DNA from: an uncultured Gammaproteobacteria bacterium
GTDB taxonomy: Bacteria; Pseudomonadota; Gammaproteobacteria; DRLM01
Assembly (NCBI GenBank): GCA_963729605.1
Contig: CAVSNY010000007.1
Span: 1,024,001-1,088,000 of the forward strand
Length of the DNA stretch: 64,000 nt
Direction: 5' to 3'
Under the pieces are notes generated by a model. It saw only the letters and a list, made by a program, of their open reading frames with translations, ran no database searches and was not told where the DNA came from. Shown in pieces: positions 1 to 9,668 of this stretch. Position 1 is the stretch's first letter. The number at the start of each line of letters is the position of its first letter. The translations under genes were made by a program, and so were the position numbers.

Positions 1-1
1 G

Positions 2-58
2 GCGGCGGTGGCGATCCGCAACCGCCTGCGGGAAAAATACCGCGCCCTTGAGAGTTAA
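2..58 (+). CDS. pstA: 3' end of phosphate ABC permease PstA (partial)
   Basis: Frame 2 reads AAVAIRNRLREKYRALES*, a typical PstA C-terminus, directly upstream of pstB. Confidence 0.7.
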   Translation, partial: AAVAIRNRLREKYRALES

Positions 59-74
59 GTGACAACAGCGTACG

Positions 75-921
75 GTGAATGACATGAACGACAATGCCCC
101 GCGTACCCATGCGGTTGACATGAGCGCCCTCGGCCGGGGGCGCGGCCGCTTGCGGATGGCCGATGAGCAGTTGGCGCTGGAGGTGAAGGATTTAAACCTT
201 TATTACGGCGATAAACAGGCGCTCAACGGTGTGAACATGGTCATCCCCCGCCACCGGGTCACCGCCTTCATCGGTCCCAGCGGCTGCGGCAAATCGACCT
301 TGCTGCGCTGCTTCAATCGCATGAACGATCTGGTGGAAAACTGCCGGGTTGAAGGCGAAATATTATTGGATGGCAAAAACATCTACGCCAAGGGCGGCAA
401 CGTGGTGGAGTTGCGGCGACGGGTGGGCATGGTGTTTCAAAAGCCCAATCCGTTTCCCAAGTCGATTTATGAAAACGTCGCCTACGGCCTGCGCTTGCAA
501 GGCCTGCGCGACCGCCGCCGCATGGATGAGGCGGTGGAACGTTCCCTGCGCGGCGCGGCCTTATGGGATGAAGTGAAAGATCGTCTGCACGACAGCGCCC
601 TCGGTCTCTCGGGCGGCCAGCAGCAGCGCCTGGTGATCGCCCGCGCCACCGCCGTGGAACCCGATGTGTTGCTGTTGGACGAACCGGCCTCGGCGCTCGA
701 TCCGATTTCGACGCTGAAACTGGAAGAGTTGATTTACGAACTCAAAGATCGACTATACCATCGTGATCGTCACCCATAATATGCAACAGGCGGCGCGGGT
801 GTCGGATTACACGGCTTTCATGTATCTGGGCCAGCTGGTCGAATACGCGGATACCGATACCTTGTTCACGAATCCTCAAAAGAAACAGACCGAAGATTAC
901 ATCACCGGCCGTTATGGTTGA
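75..921 (+). pseudogene. pstB: Phosphate ABC ATPase PstB with a +1 frameshift near 744-750 (real or sequencing error)
   Basis: [16 protein letters not shown] and LLLDEP motifs; the C-terminus [19 protein letters not shown]...YITGRYG* continues in another frame to 921. Confidence 0.9.
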
Positions 922-979
922 ATTGATATTAAGCACCGCGGCGGTTTTTCCAGCCACGCGGCTACGATGAGGAACGACA

Positions 980-1705
980 ATGGACAGAATCAACATTGGT
1001 CATCATATTTCCCAGCAGTTCAATACCGAGCTGGAGGAAGTACGCAATAAAGTGTTGGCCATGGGCGGTCTGGTCGAGCAGCAGTTGAGCGACGCGGTGA
1101 GGGCGATCACCCTCGGCGACAGCGAGCTCGGCCATGTGGTGATCACCAACGATTACAAGATCAACGCCCTGGAAGTGACCATCGACGAGGAATGCACGCA
1201 GATTCTGGCGCGGCGTCAGCCCGCGGCCAGCGATCTGAGGTTGATCGTCGCCATCATTAAAACCATTACCGATCTGGAGCGCATCGGTGACGAGGCGGAG
1301 AAAATCGGCCGTCTCACCGTGCATCTCGCGGAGTTGGAGCACGGCAAGGCGGAATACGCGGAAATTAAACACCTCGGCGACCATGTGCGGCAGATGGTGC
1401 ACGATGCGCTCGACGCCTTCGCCCGCACCGATGCCGAGGCGGCGGTGCGGGTGGCCAAGGAAGACATCAATATCGATCGTGAATATGAGGCGCTGATGCG
1501 GCAGCTGATCACCTTCATGATGGAAGATCCCCGTTCGATCCGCCGCGCCTTGGACATGATGTGGGCGGCGCGCGCCCTGGAGCGTATCGGCGATCACGCC
1601 AGCAATATCTGTGAATACGTGGTGTATCTGGTCAAGGGCAAGGATGTGCGCCACACCAGCCTGGAACAGATGGAGCGCGAGGCGCGCGGCAATTCCGGCC
1701 CGTAA
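980..1705 (+). CDS. phoU: Phosphate signalling regulator PhoU
   Basis: [11 protein letters not shown] and two LERIGD repeats; follows pstB. Confidence 0.95.
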   Translation: MDRINIGHHISQQFNTELEEVRNKVLAMGGLVEQQLSDAVRAITLGDSELGHVVITNDYKINALEVTIDEECTQILARRQPAASDLRLIVAIIKTITDLERIGDEAEKIGRLTVHLAELEHGKAEYAEIKHLGDHVRQMVHDALDAFARTDAEAAVRVAKEDINIDREYEALMRQLITFMMEDPRSIRRALDMMWAARALERIGDHASNICEYVVYLVKGKDVRHTSLEQMEREARGNSGP

Positions 1706-1725
1706 TTCCGCGGCGGATTCGCGAA

Positions 1726-1760
1726 TAAAAAAGGGGAAGGCTCAAGCCTTCCCCTTTTTT
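1726..1760. terminator. Bidirectional intrinsic terminator between phoU and sodB
   Basis: AAAAAAGGGGAAGGC-tcaa-GCCTTCCCCTTTTTT between convergent genes. Confidence 0.85.
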
Positions 1761-1788
1761 GTTTTTACTGACTCGGCGGTCGCGTTAA

Positions 1789-2367
1789 TCAGCCCGCGTA
1801 ATTCTTCGCCACGAAATCCCAGTTCACGATTTTCCAAAACGTCTCCACGTATTTGGCGCGGGCGTTGCGGTAGTCGATGTAATAGGCGTGTTCCCACACG
1901 TCGCAGGTCAACAGCGGTTTTTTGCCGTCGGTGAGCGGGCAGCCGGCGTTGCCGGTGCTGACGATCTCCAACTCGCCCTTGGCGTTTTTCACCAGCCAGG
2001 CCCAGCCCGAGCCGAAGGTGGTGATGGCGGTCTGGGTGAACTTTTGTTTGAATTCATCGATGGAACCGAAGGACTTCTTCAAGGCCTCGGCCAGGGCGCC
2101 GGTGGGTTCGCCGCCCTTGGGCGACAACGAGTTCCAATAAAAGGTGTGGTTCCAGATTTGCGCGGCGTTATTGAAAATGCCGCCAGAGGATTTTTTGACG
2201 ATGTCTTCCAAACTCATGTTCTCGAATTCGGTGCCGGGAATGAGTTTGTTGAGATTATCGACGTAGGTCTTGTGGTGTTTGCCATAATGATAGTCGAGCG
2301 TCTCCTTGGAAATGTGGGGCTCGAGGGCGGTCATGGCGTAGGGCAATTCGGGCAGTTTGTGTTCCAT
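1789..2367 (-). CDS. sodB: Fe superoxide dismutase
   Basis: [20 protein letters not shown] and DVWEHAYY motifs. Confidence 0.95.
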   Translation of the reverse strand: MEHKLPELPYAMTALEPHISKETLDYHYGKHHKTYVDNLNKLIPGTEFENMSLEDIVKKSSGGIFNNAAQIWNHTFYWNSLSPKGGEPTGALAEALKKSFGSIDEFKQKFTQTAITTFGSGWAWLVKNAKGELEIVSTGNAGCPLTDGKKPLLTCDVWEHAYYIDYRNARAKYVETFWKIVNWDFVAKNYAG

Positions 2368-2577
2368 TAAAATTCTCCTATCACAAGTTCAGGGGTGGCC
2401 GGTGGTTTCGGTAATGGCGGTGGTGCGGCGCCGCGACGGCGCGGTGTGATGCCTGATATTACGCAATGAAATGGCGTTGGAATAACCGAGTATGAAGCTT
2501 GAAAATAAGTCTAAAGCAGGCGGCGGCTTGGCGCAAGGTTGGCGCCGGGCCGCCGGCCTCTTTGATAGGATGCGAAG

Positions 2578-4119
2578 ATGAATTCCATCGAACTCAGTTT
2601 GTTTTCCAGCCGCATCGCGGCGGTGTGCGACGAGATGGGCGCCGTGCTGCGGCACGCGGCCTTGTCGCCGAATATCAAAGACCGTTTGGATTATTCCTGC
2701 GCGGTGTTCGATGCCGACGGCCTGCTCTGCGCGCAGGCCGCGCACATCCCCGTGCATCTCGGCAGCATGGCCTACGCGATGCGCGACATCGTCGGCGGTG
2801 TGCGTTGGCGAGCGGGGGACATGGTGATCGTGAACGACCCCTATTTGGGCGGCACCCATCTGCCCGATGTGACGCTGGTGGCGCCGCTGTTCGTGGCGGA
2901 CGAGTTGGCGGGCTTCGTCGCCAATCGTGCCCATCACGCCGACATCGGCGCGGCCGCGCCGGGGTCGATGCCGCTCTCGCGGTTTTTGCACGAAGAGGGG
3001 TTGGTGATTCCGCCGACGCATTTGCTGCGTGAAGGTCGTTTGGATCAGTCATGGTTGGACGACCTGCTGACGCATATCGCCAATCCGATTCAAGGTCGGG
3101 GCGACTTCGCGGCGCAGATCAGCGCCAACCGCCGCGGCGTGCTCCGTTTGGAGCAATGGCTCGCAGCGCTGGGTTTGGCCCGCTACCGCGACGGCCTGCG
3201 CGCGCTCAACGACTACGCCGAGCGCCTGGCGCGGGGCGCGCTGCGGGACATTCCCGATGGGACCTATCGTTACACGGACTGGATGGACGACGACGGATTG
3301 GGTCATGCCGATATCGCGATCGCGGTCGAACTGCGGGTGAACGACGGCCGGATCGAGGTGGACTTCGCCGGCACGGCGCCCCAGGTCGAGGGCAATATCA
3401 ATTGCCCGCTGTCGGTGGCCGCGGCGGCGGTGTATTACGTGTTCCGCTGTCTGCTGCCCGCGCAGACCCCGGCCTGCGCCGGGAGTTTTCGGCCCGTGGC
3501 ATTGACCGCGCCGGCGGGCTGCCTGCTCAACGCCCGTCGCCCCGCCGCGGTGGCGGCGGGCAATGTGGAGACCAGCACCCGCATCGTGGACGTCTTGCTG
3601 GGCGCCCTGGCCCAGGCCATCCCCGCCCGCATCCCCGCCGCCAGCCACGGCAGTATGAATAACGTGGCGATGGGCGCGCGGGGCGGCGCGCGCAGTTGGG
3701 ATTATTACGAAACCGTGGGCGGCGGCATGGGCGCCGGACCGGCGGGCGGCGGCTTGAGCGCGGTGCAGACCCATATGACCAATACCCGCAACACCCCGAT
3801 CGAGAGTCTGGAGATGCACTATCCCTTGCGGGTGCGCCGTTACGAGATCCGCCGCGGTTCCGGCGAGCCGGGACGCGTCCCCGGCGGCGACGGTTTGGTG
3901 CGCGAATATGAATTTCTCGAAAATACCGAGGTCACACTCCTCACCGAACGGCGCACCCGCGCGCCTTGGGGTCTGCAAGGCGGAATGGCGGGCGCTTGTG
4001 GGCGGAATAGGCATCAAGGAATTGATCTACCGGGAAAAGTGAGTTTGATGGCCGCCGCCGCCGACCGCCTCGAAATTGCCACTCCGGGCGGCGGTGGTTG
4101 GGGCCGCAGCGAGTCATAA
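2578..4119 (+). CDS. Hydantoinase B / 5-oxoprolinase B family protein
   Basis: SPNIKDRLDYSCA, HIPVHLG, NDPYLGGTHLPD and TPGGGGWG motifs. Confidence 0.9.
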   Translation: MNSIELSLFSSRIAAVCDEMGAVLRHAALSPNIKDRLDYSCAVFDADGLLCAQAAHIPVHLGSMAYAMRDIVGGVRWRAGDMVIVNDPYLGGTHLPDVTLVAPLFVADELAGFVANRAHHADIGAAAPGSMPLSRFLHEEGLVIPPTHLLREGRLDQSWLDDLLTHIANPIQGRGDFAAQISANRRGVLRLEQWLAALGLARYRDGLRALNDYAERLARGALRDIPDGTYRYTDWMDDDGLGHADIAIAVELRVNDGRIEVDFAGTAPQVEGNINCPLSVAAAAVYYVFRCLLPAQTPACAGSFRPVALTAPAGCLLNARRPAAVAAGNVETSTRIVDVLLGALAQAIPARIPAASHGSMNNVAMGARGGARSWDYYETVGGGMGAGPAGGGLSAVQTHMTNTRNTPIESLEMHYPLRVRRYEIRRGSGEPGRVPGGDGLVREYEFLENTEVTLLTERRTRAPWGLQGGMAGACGRNRHQGIDLPGKVSLMAAAADRLEIATPGGGGWGRSES

Positions 4120-4239
4120 GCCCCTTTTCGGATAATTCCCTACTGATTTACTCTTAAAATTAAAGTCCGAGGCGTTTACACTGCGTGACAATACCCGGGA
4201 CGAATCCCACCCTAATTATTACTTTGAGGTAGCTGACCA

Positions 4240-4566
4240 ATGGACGCGATGGAATTTATCAAACAGCAAGTCGAGGGCAACCCGGTGGTGATCTTCATGA
4301 AAGGGACTCCCGATTTCCCCCAGTGCGGATTCTCCAGCCGGGCCTCGCAGGCCCTGGCCGCCTGCGGCGAGTTCGCTTATGTGAATATCTTCGAGAACCC
4401 GGAGGTGCATCGCAACCTGCCGCGCTTTTCCAATTGGCCGACCTTTCCCCAGGTGTTCGTGGGCGGGCAACTGGTGGGCGGCTGCGACATCACCCTCGAA
4501 TTGTTCGAGCGGGGCGAGTTGCAGACCCTGGTCAAAGAGGCCGTGGCCAAGACCAAGGGCGCGTAA
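4240..4566 (+). CDS. grxD: Monothiol glutaredoxin Grx4
   Basis: PQCGFS, WPTFPQ and GGCDI motifs. Confidence 0.95.
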   Translation: MDAMEFIKQQVEGNPVVIFMKGTPDFPQCGFSSRASQALAACGEFAYVNIFENPEVHRNLPRFSNWPTFPQVFVGGQLVGGCDITLELFERGELQTLVKEAVAKTKGA

Positions 4567-4592
4567 TTCAGACTTCGATTATCGTTGATTTC

Positions 4593-4621
4593 AAAACGGG
4601 GGCCACGCCCCCGTTTTTTTT
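4593..4621 (+). terminator. Intrinsic terminator after grxD
   Basis: AAAACGGGGG-ccacg-CCCCCGTTTTTTT hairpin plus U tract. Confidence 0.75.
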
Positions 4622-4955
4622 GCCGTCGCGCCAGACCGGCCGCCGTCTTCTTTAATTGCGATTCGGTAAACCCGGCCGCCGCGGTCATGCATTCCATGCC
4701 AGCGCACGGCGTGTGCCGTCTTTTACAGGGGCGGGTTGTCGCGGCGCGGCATATTCACTGTGCGGAAGGTGATGCTGTGCGAGCCGCGCCCGCGCTGCCG
4801 GCCGGTCGTCGCGTAGTGCAATTTATTGCAGCCGGTGCGGCTGAGGACGCTGGTCGGCTCTTATGGACCATTTGCGTGTCGTCCACGATGAGGACGCCGA
4901 GGTCGCGTTTGGCTATAAACGTTTTTTACGCTTGCCGGAAAATCCGCGCGGCGAT

Positions 4956-5879
4956 TTACATCATCAAGCTATTGCCGCCCGCCTCTTGCGCCTCGCGCAT
5001 TTTGCCGCTGGCCACCGCCAGCATGTCGAAGGCCGTATGTTCGGCGCGGCCGTCGTCGCAGGCGACGCCCACCGATATGCTGATGTCGATTTCGTTGAGC
5101 GCGGTCGAGAACGGCGGGTAATTGATGCAACGCAACAGGCGTTCGAAGATCCACGGCCGGATGTGATCGCTGTCGGGATAACGCAAGGCGACGCCGAATT
5201 CGTTGTCGCCGGTGCGCGCTAGAAAATCCACGGGCCGCAACGCGCCGCGCAAGCGTTTGGCCACCGTGCGCAACAATTCGTTTTTGAAGGACTGGCCGTG
5301 CCGCTCGCCGAGCCGGGCGAGTTGATCGATGCTGAGCAGGGCGCAACATGCCAAGCCGCCGCGCGCGCGCGTCTCCAGCAGCAGGCTTTCCAAATGACCG
5401 ATCAAGTAACGCCAATTGCCGAGGCCGGTGAGTGAATCCTGCAAGCTGCTTTCGTTTTCGGCGGAGGCTGTTTTGCGTTGATACAGCCGGGTCTCCAGCG
5501 CCGAGATGCGCCCCGCGGTTTTCAACCGTAAGGGTAATTCTCCGCCATCGAAGGGAACCAGCAGATAATCGTCTACGCCGGGGACGAGGACCGGCGGCAT
5601 GGCGCGCAACTGTTCCGCCGTCACGCATTGCACGACGGCGGTGTAGCGGCCGTACCGCTCGTCTTGATGGCGCAGATGGGTGATGGCGGAGGGGTCGAAG
5701 CCACTGGCTTGCGGATGGCCGAGAATCACCACATCCGCCGTTTGTTCGGCGCACAAGGCCGGGACGCCATTCAAATCGGGCGTGCGCCGCAGGTCTTGAA
5801 TGCCGGCATTTTCCAGCGCCGCTTCGCCGTGGGGATCGAGGTCCCCGACTATCACGATCGAGATCTGATTCTCAGTCAT
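4956..5879 (-). CDS. Receiver-like plus degenerate GGDEF domain protein
   Basis: GVDDYLLVPF receiver end, DSLTGLGN, RPVD I-site, GDNEF in place of GGDEF; start chosen at MTENQ. Confidence 0.8.
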   Translation of the reverse strand: MTENQISIVIVGDLDPHGEAALENAGIQDLRRTPDLNGVPALCAEQTADVVILGHPQASGFDPSAITHLRHQDERYGRYTAVVQCVTAEQLRAMPPVLVPGVDDYLLVPFDGGELPLRLKTAGRISALETRLYQRKTASAENESSLQDSLTGLGNWRYLIGHLESLLLETRARGGLACCALLSIDQLARLGERHGQSFKNELLRTVAKRLRGALRPVDFLARTGDNEFGVALRYPDSDHIRPWIFERLLRCINYPPFSTALNEIDISISVGVACDDGRAEHTAFDMLAVASGKMREAQEAGGNSLMM

Positions 5880-5920
5880 AGCAAGACCTACGCGAAATCC
5901 TTGTCTGATTGAACGCTTGT

Positions 5921-6574
5921 TTATGTATCGGCCGTCGCCTCGGCGCCATGAGTGCGTTGTCGGGTTTCGGAGAGACCGGTCCATAAATTCACGATTTGGC
6001 AAAACAGGTCGGCGGTGCGCTCCGCGTCGTAGATGGCGGAATGGGCTTCGCGGTGATCCCAGTCGATGCCGGCCGCCTGCGCGGCGCGGGCGAGTACGGT
6101 CTGGCCGAAGGCCAGCCCGCCCAAGGTCGCGGTGTCGAAGGTGCTGAAGGGATGAAAAGGATTGCGCTTGATGCCGCTGCGTGCGGCGGCGGCGTTGACG
6201 AAGGCCAAATCGAACGAGGGATTGTGTCCGAGCAGGATGGCGCGGGTGCAGAGATTGTCGCGGATCGCTTTGCGTATCGGCTGAAAGACCCGTTGCAAGG
6301 CGTCGTGTTCGTTCAAGGCCTCACGAAACGGGTGATAAGGGTCGATACCTGTAAAGGCAAGCGCCGCCGGTTCGAGCCGCGCACCGGGAAAGGGCGCGAC
6401 GTGGCAGGCGAAGGTCTGGTGCCGATGCAAACGGCCCGCTTCGTCCATGCGCAGGGTGACGGCGGCGATTTCCAAAAGGGCGTCGGTTTGTGGATTGAAT
6501 CCACCGGTTTCGACGTCGACCGCGACGGGCAGGAAGCCACGAAAGCGGTTGGTTAATGAGGGCGGTTGCGACAT
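5921..6574 (-). CDS. rnt: Ribonuclease T
   Basis: [28 protein letters not shown] and [10 protein letters not shown] motifs. Confidence 0.95.
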   Translation of the reverse strand: MSQPPSLTNRFRGFLPVAVDVETGGFNPQTDALLEIAAVTLRMDEAGRLHRHQTFACHVAPFPGARLEPAALAFTGIDPYHPFREALNEHDALQRVFQPIRKAIRDNLCTRAILLGHNPSFDLAFVNAAAARSGIKRNPFHPFSTFDTATLGGLAFGQTVLARAAQAAGIDWDHREAHSAIYDAERTADLFCQIVNLWTGLSETRQRTHGAEATADT

Positions 6575-6651
6575 GCCGACAGCATACGGGATTCGGCGTG
6601 TATTGGCGATGGGGCCGCCCGCTTGGCGACTGAGACGCGAGGATAAATTTT

Positions 6652-7599
6652 ATGATAAAGCAAAGAATCAAAGGCCGAACCGGCCGTGGTTTTCAAATGT
6701 GGTTGGCGGCGTTGCTGACCCTGCTGATGGGCGGTTCGGCATGGGCCGCGGTGGGCGGCCTCACGCACCATGACGCGGGCTTGCTCAAGACCGCCGTGGT
6801 CACGGATAAGACTTTATTATGGCGGGTGGAACGCAGTGGTCTGCGGCCGAGTTATGTATTCGGCACCATTCATTCCGAAGACCCGCGGGTGGCCGAGTTG
6901 CCGCCCGCGGTGATCCAGGCCTTCCGCCTTTCCGATGCCTTCGCCATGGAAATGATCCCCGATCAGGCCGCCTTGGCGGGCATGAGCGCCGCGATGTTCA
7001 TCAGTGAAGGCCCCAATCTGCACGACATGCTGGGCGATGAATGGTTTCAACGCACCGCCGCCCTGGTGTCGCTGTACGGGGTGCCGCCCACAATACTGTC
7101 TTCGCTCAAGCCGTGGGTGGTGTTCACGGCCTTGACCATGCCCAAGGCGGAAGAGGGTATGTTTTTGGACGTCATCCTCTACGGCGCCGCCTTGCACGAC
7201 GGCAAATACATTCACGGCCTGGAAACCGCCGATGAACAGGTGAGCACCTTCGAGAGCATCGACATGGATGACCAGGTGGCCATCCTCAAGGATGTGGTGG
7301 TCAATCACGAGGCGATCGGCCATCTCAATCAAGAGTTGGTGAACAGCTACACCCGCGGTGACCTCGGCGCCATCGCCTCCTTGCAATCGCAATACATTTC
7401 CAACGGCGATCAACGTCTGGAAAAAATGTATCAGCAACGAACCATCGATGACCGCAATCTGCGCATGGTGGATCGCATGGTGCCGCGCATCGAGGAAGAA
7501 AATATCTTCATCGCCATCGACGCCTGGCACCTGCCCGGCGTCAACGGCGTGCTGCATCTGTTGGAACAGCGCGGCTACCGGGTGTCGCCGGTGCAATGA
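6652..7599 (+). CDS. TraB/GumN family protein (exported)
   Basis: Signal peptide; SYVFGTIH, GLETADEQ, RNLRM and HLPG..GVL motifs. Confidence 0.85.
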   Translation: MIKQRIKGRTGRGFQMWLAALLTLLMGGSAWAAVGGLTHHDAGLLKTAVVTDKTLLWRVERSGLRPSYVFGTIHSEDPRVAELPPAVIQAFRLSDAFAMEMIPDQAALAGMSAAMFISEGPNLHDMLGDEWFQRTAALVSLYGVPPTILSSLKPWVVFTALTMPKAEEGMFLDVILYGAALHDGKYIHGLETADEQVSTFESIDMDDQVAILKDVVVNHEAIGHLNQELVNSYTRGDLGAIASLQSQYISNGDQRLEKMYQQRTIDDRNLRMVDRMVPRIEEENIFIAIDAWHLPGVNGVLHLLEQRGYRVSPVQ

Positions 7600-7891
7600 T
7601 GTACAGCGGGGCTTAGAAAACCCGCCCGGTCTTGCAGAACGCCGAACAAACTTTCGACTGAAAAATAACAATCCGGCCTAATGAACCTCCTCTCCCCGGC
7701 GAGAGAGGAGGTTGCGCAATCCGCATTGATAATGCTTACTCGCCCTAAATTCACGTACGACCATGGAATGGTGTGACCCGTCTTTTTCATTAGGCCTCAT
7801 AAAAACAAGAAACCACTTATAGGTCATTGATCCATATTGACCATGCCGGAGTTATCCGCCAGACTGGCGCAAAGAAAGACGCCAATTAGGG

Positions 7892-7912
7892 TGTCTAATA
7901 CACGCTATGTTT
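7892..7912 (+). other. attI-like simple site / core site of first cassette (GTT appears mutated to GCT)
   Basis: TGTCTAA-tacac-GCTATGTTT matches 8/9 the reverse complement of the cassette-1 attC start AAACATAAC. Confidence 0.55.
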
Positions 7913-7927
7913 AAAAACCAATAAGCC

Positions 7928-8356
7928 ATGTGTGACGTTATTGAATCAGTAGAGTTTTGGAAGTTTGCGGCACCTCTGTTTGGTGCCGTTGTCGCTTGGT
8001 TTGTTAATGAATGGCGGAAACGTGTCTGGGAACAATATCAAAGGAAGGAGGAAAGCTACAGAGAGTTATTGCGATGCCTGAAGGGCTTTTATGTCGGGGC
8101 GAGTAATGCAAATGAACTCAAAGCAGAATTTCTCAACCAGCTTAATCGGTGTTGGTTGTATTGTCCGGATGATGTTATTTTGAAAGGGTATGCGTTTTTG
8201 AATACTGTGCATGCGTCTAACCCGTCAACACATGAAGTAAAAGAAAAGGCAATGGGTGATTTTGTCGCTTCGATTAGAGATGATCTCTTGTCAAGGAAAT
8301 TGGTAAAGAGCACAAAATTAAGTGGAAATGATTTCAAACATCTAAATGCAAATTGA
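7928..8356 (+). CDS. Integron cassette protein, hypothetical, N-terminal TM helix
   Basis: Low-GC ORF bounded by a core site and an attC; FAAPLFGAVVAWFV hydrophobic segment. Confidence 0.75.
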   Translation: MCDVIESVEFWKFAAPLFGAVVAWFVNEWRKRVWEQYQRKEESYRELLRCLKGFYVGASNANELKAEFLNQLNRCWLYCPDDVILKGYAFLNTVHASNPSTHEVKEKAMGDFVASIRDDLLSRKLVKSTKLSGNDFKHLNAN

Positions 8357-8362
8357 ACAAAA

Positions 8363-8425
8363 ACATAACATGGCGTTCGAGAGGGGCGTGCCAAAAGCGG
8401 CGCGTCCCTCAACTTTACGTTGGGC
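8363..8425 (+). repeat. attC site 1
   Basis: ACATAAC...GTTGGGC, imperfect palindrome of 63 bp immediately after the stop codon. Confidence 0.85.
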
Positions 8426-8477
8426 CGCATGTTCAGCAGATCACGATTGAAGTATAAAATCCTCGAAGGTGAAAACA

Positions 8478-8891
8478 ATGAAAGCAAGACCCAAAATAGT
8501 AATCTCAAGCGTAGATATTGATCGGCTAGAGAAGCTCATCGACACACTGCCAAGAAATGCCTTCGTGGGTAGGGCGGAACTAGAGTCTGAGTTGGCTAGG
8601 GCAAATGTTGTCGATCCAAGGGAAATTCCACCAACAGTCGTCACAATGAACTCAACAATACGGTTTATTGTTGAATCGTCGAGCGACGAATTCGAATTGA
8701 CACTTGTCTATCCGAAGGACGTGGATTCGAGTGGAAAGACAATCTCGATTTTGGCGCCAGTCGGCAGCGCGTTGCTTGGGCTCTCTCAAGGAGACGAAAT
8801 TGAGTGGCCGAGCCCCAGCGGTGGCGTTCTGCGTGTTCAGATTAAAGAGATCATCTATCAGCCCGAAAGGTCTGGCGAGTTTCATCGCTAG
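8478..8891 (+). CDS. rnk: Regulator of nucleoside diphosphate kinase (Gre-like), cassette-borne
   Basis: VVTMNS, LTLVYP, ISILAPVGSALLGL and YQPERSG motifs. Confidence 0.9.
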   Translation: MKARPKIVISSVDIDRLEKLIDTLPRNAFVGRAELESELARANVVDPREIPPTVVTMNSTIRFIVESSSDEFELTLVYPKDVDSSGKTISILAPVGSALLGLSQGDEIEWPSPSGGVLRVQIKEIIYQPERSGEFHR

Positions 8892-8948
8892 AAGAAAATG
8901 TGCGATCGGGCTCTGCGGCGCTGCCGAATTCAGTCATGAGGCGCTGCG

Positions 8949-9012
8949 GCCCAACAATTCGCTGCAGGCGCGACGGCCCTGACGGGCCGCGGCCTGAGCT
9001 CAAACGTTAGAA
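8949..9012 (+). repeat. attC site 2
   Basis: GCCCAAC...GTTAGAA; TGCGGCCCAAC is the exact complement of the upstream core GTTGGGCCGCA (11/11). Confidence 0.9.
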
Positions 9013-9016
9013 GCCT

Positions 9017-9310
9017 ATGCCCACCAAACCACTAGACCGTCTTATGTTTGTCCAAGGAGGCATCTGCTTCTTTTGCAAACAACCGTTGCCGAAGGCCGAG
9101 GCAAGTGTTGAGCATCTACTTGCCAGCGCTAATGGCGGCAGCAACAGTGATGAAAACTGCGTCGCTTGCTGCAAGGCGGTTAATGCGCTGCTTGGCAGGA
9201 TGTCGCTCAAAGAAAAATTTCAGATCGTTCTCAATCAGAAGGGGCAATTCAAATGCCCTAACGGAGCTGGCACAGTCAAAGCAACCGCAAAGCCAAAGGG
9301 GGCCAAAAAG
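9017..9310 (+). pseudogene. HNH endonuclease cassette gene, 3'-truncated by mini-element
   Basis: CFFC, VEHL..GG..ENCVACC..N HNH motif; the ORF runs into the repeat element at 9311; no attC follows. Confidence 0.75.
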
Positions 9311-9473
9311 CGGGACAGATTTATTTATCCCTTTTGGAGAGTATCTTGTCGTAGACAAGGTGGAAGCAATAGTAGGAAGGCGAATTGAAAAGCGCGTACC
9401 CGGCAGGCCGCAAGAGGCTGCGTCAAATGCGTAGTAGTTTATGATTGACGAGAGAATAAAATAAATCTTCCCC
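9311..9473 (+). mobile_element. ~162-bp inverted-repeat mini-element (Y1/RAYT transposase remnant), copy 1
   Basis: Ends GGGACAGATTTATTT / AAATAAATCTTCCCC; internal VDKVEAIVGRRIEKRVPGRP; near-identical copy at 39770-39931. Confidence 0.75.
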
Positions 9474-9554
9474 AATTTTTCCAGAGGCCGTCGTCGATTT
9501 CCTCGAGGCCGACGTATTGTCCGGCGCAGACAATGAAGACGTTGACCCAGTAGT

Positions 9555-9613
9555 GTAGGCTGGGTCAGCCGCGTGACGGCGTAACCCACCAACCCGCCGC
9601 GCAGCGACTCATC
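9555..9613 (+). repeat. GTAG-type REP hairpin with conserved arm
   Basis: GTAGGCTGGGTCAG...CGTAACCCACC followed by CGCGCAGCGACTCATC; same family as 22.4, 32.1-32.4 and 43.9 kb. Confidence 0.8.
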
Positions 9614-9668
9614 TACTGAAGAACGAACCGCAACCTAGAGTTGGTGCGACAGATACAACCCGTGGTTT

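Noticed and set aside
4585-5121. 178-aa ORF after grxD
   Set aside because: Starts in a terminator, overlaps the GGDEF gene antisense, no motifs
7600-7890. Possible intI remnant upstream of array 1
   Set aside because: No tyrosine-recombinase motifs recognised in the translated frames; the same holds for 35624-35755
9048-9434. 128-aa ORF overlapping the HNH gene
   Set aside because: Alternative-frame read-through; only its last ~28 codons (mini-element transposase-like tail) look meaningful
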